Below the pieces are notes generated by a model. It searched no databases, was not told the origin of the DNA, and saw only the letters and a program-made list of their open reading frames with translations. A DNA stretch of 63,930 nt, the filler included, from Phoronis australis (taxonomy: Eukaryota; Animalia; Phoronida): assembly GCA_002633005.1 (NCBI GenBank). It is 7 parts of 7 records of this genome, joined end to end, with 100 filler letters (N's around TTAATTAATTAA, not from the genome) between each part and the next. Parts side by side here need not be neighbours in the genome. Positions count along the whole stretch, not along the records: positions 61,330 to 63,930 come from NMRA01001949.1; 6 more parts are not named here. One strand, written 5' to 3'. The first letter of the stretch is position 1; each line of letters begins with the position of its first letter. The position numbers and the translations under genes were made by a program. Positions 63,052-63,930 of this stretch are shown piece after piece.

Positions 63052-63803
63052 TGCCAGTGGCTAATGTGGTGGAACAGCAATAGCATACACACCACAGCCA
63101 CAAGAGAAACTTAGTAAAACAGAAACACCACCAATACTATCGTAAAAATCGTAAAAACTGAGCTAGCAATTTAAACACAAGAACATTGAATAATGCAACT
63201 TTGACCGGATATCTATGACAACATCATTAAAATGGAGGAAATGGTAAATACAATGACAACCAACTTACCAAAGACAAGCTCACCAGCGTTAAAAAGGGTG
63301 CTGTTAATTCAATTTCGCTTTCACACTAAGCTACTTATACTAAATTCTGCACAGTAAAATTAAGATGCAGCACAATTGTATAACGGGCTGGGTGGTTTTT
63401 TAAGTTAAACAGGAAATTACTGTAAAAAATAGTGCATTATGTAAAGCCTGAAAACAAAATGTTAATGTGATCAAAACCAATTGAACATGGTACCCAGGCA
63501 GGATATTAGACAGGCGTAGCCCATCCATGAAAATTGAAGACGCAGTGTATTTAGTGTCAGTTTGGTGGATCAAAAGGAATTATTTTCAGTTATCATGTTT
63601 AGAAATCCCAGTACCAAAATACGTGTGTTCGGCATGAGAACAGTGTAATTGTTACAAAGACATAGGGAGGGTTGAAAGTTGAAACGCTGCTAATATCCTG
63701 CAGTCAATAAGAAACTTGATTTTAACAGATATTAAGTTTACCTGCAAAAAGATGGATTAAGTATTAGTCACACAGCCACACTCAGCATCACAGTATCTAA
63801 ATA

Positions 63804-63925
63804 TCTTTCTCACACAATCACACATCCAACATCACAAGTATCTAATTTTCTATTTTTTTTAAGTACTCTTTCTCACACAATCACACATCCAACATCACAA
63901 GTATCTAATTTTCTAATTTTTTAAG
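63804..63925. repeat. 2 x 63-bp tandem duplication
   Basis: tctttctcacacaatcacacatccaacatcacaagtatctaattttcta at 63804 and 63867. Confidence 0.92.
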
Positions 63926-63930
63926 AAGTC

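Overview
Animal (invertebrate, probably lophotrochozoan; inference) genomic DNA. It is not one locus: seven short contigs are joined by artificial N44-TTAATTAATTAA-N44 spacers (2753-2852, 18309-18408, 28237-28336, 35853-35952, 57664-57763, 61230-61329), so no adjacency across a spacer is meaningful. Spliced host genes: the 5' part of cytoplasmic threonyl-tRNA synthetase (TARS1, 10 exons), part of a CAP/SCP+EGF gene, a complete cyclin-Q (CCNQ/FAM58A) head-to-head with the 5' part of POC1, and two exons of an unrelated gene that appear directly after POC1. Mobile DNA: an ISL2EU-type Harbinger element (DDE transposase convergent with a SWIM-YqaJ nuclease); four TTAA-flanked Kolobok-type elements, three of them with a THAP fragment convergent with a Cys-rich P2X7-tail-like accessory gene fragment; a gag-only Gypsy LTR element; a HERO-like RLE retrotransposon with two in-frame internal duplications; BEL, hAT, L1/Tx1, CR1/L2 and Penelope (with decayed hammerhead) remnants; an intact SGNH-hydrolase ORF; many MITEs and minisatellites. 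I found no CRISPR array, rRNA or tRNA. I cannot claim a clearly new system. The best leads are the Kolobok THAP/P2X7-like cassette, the SWIM-YqaJ/DDE pair, the duplicated RT core, and the POC1/foreign-exon discontinuity. All family assignments are by eye from motifs, not from database searches.
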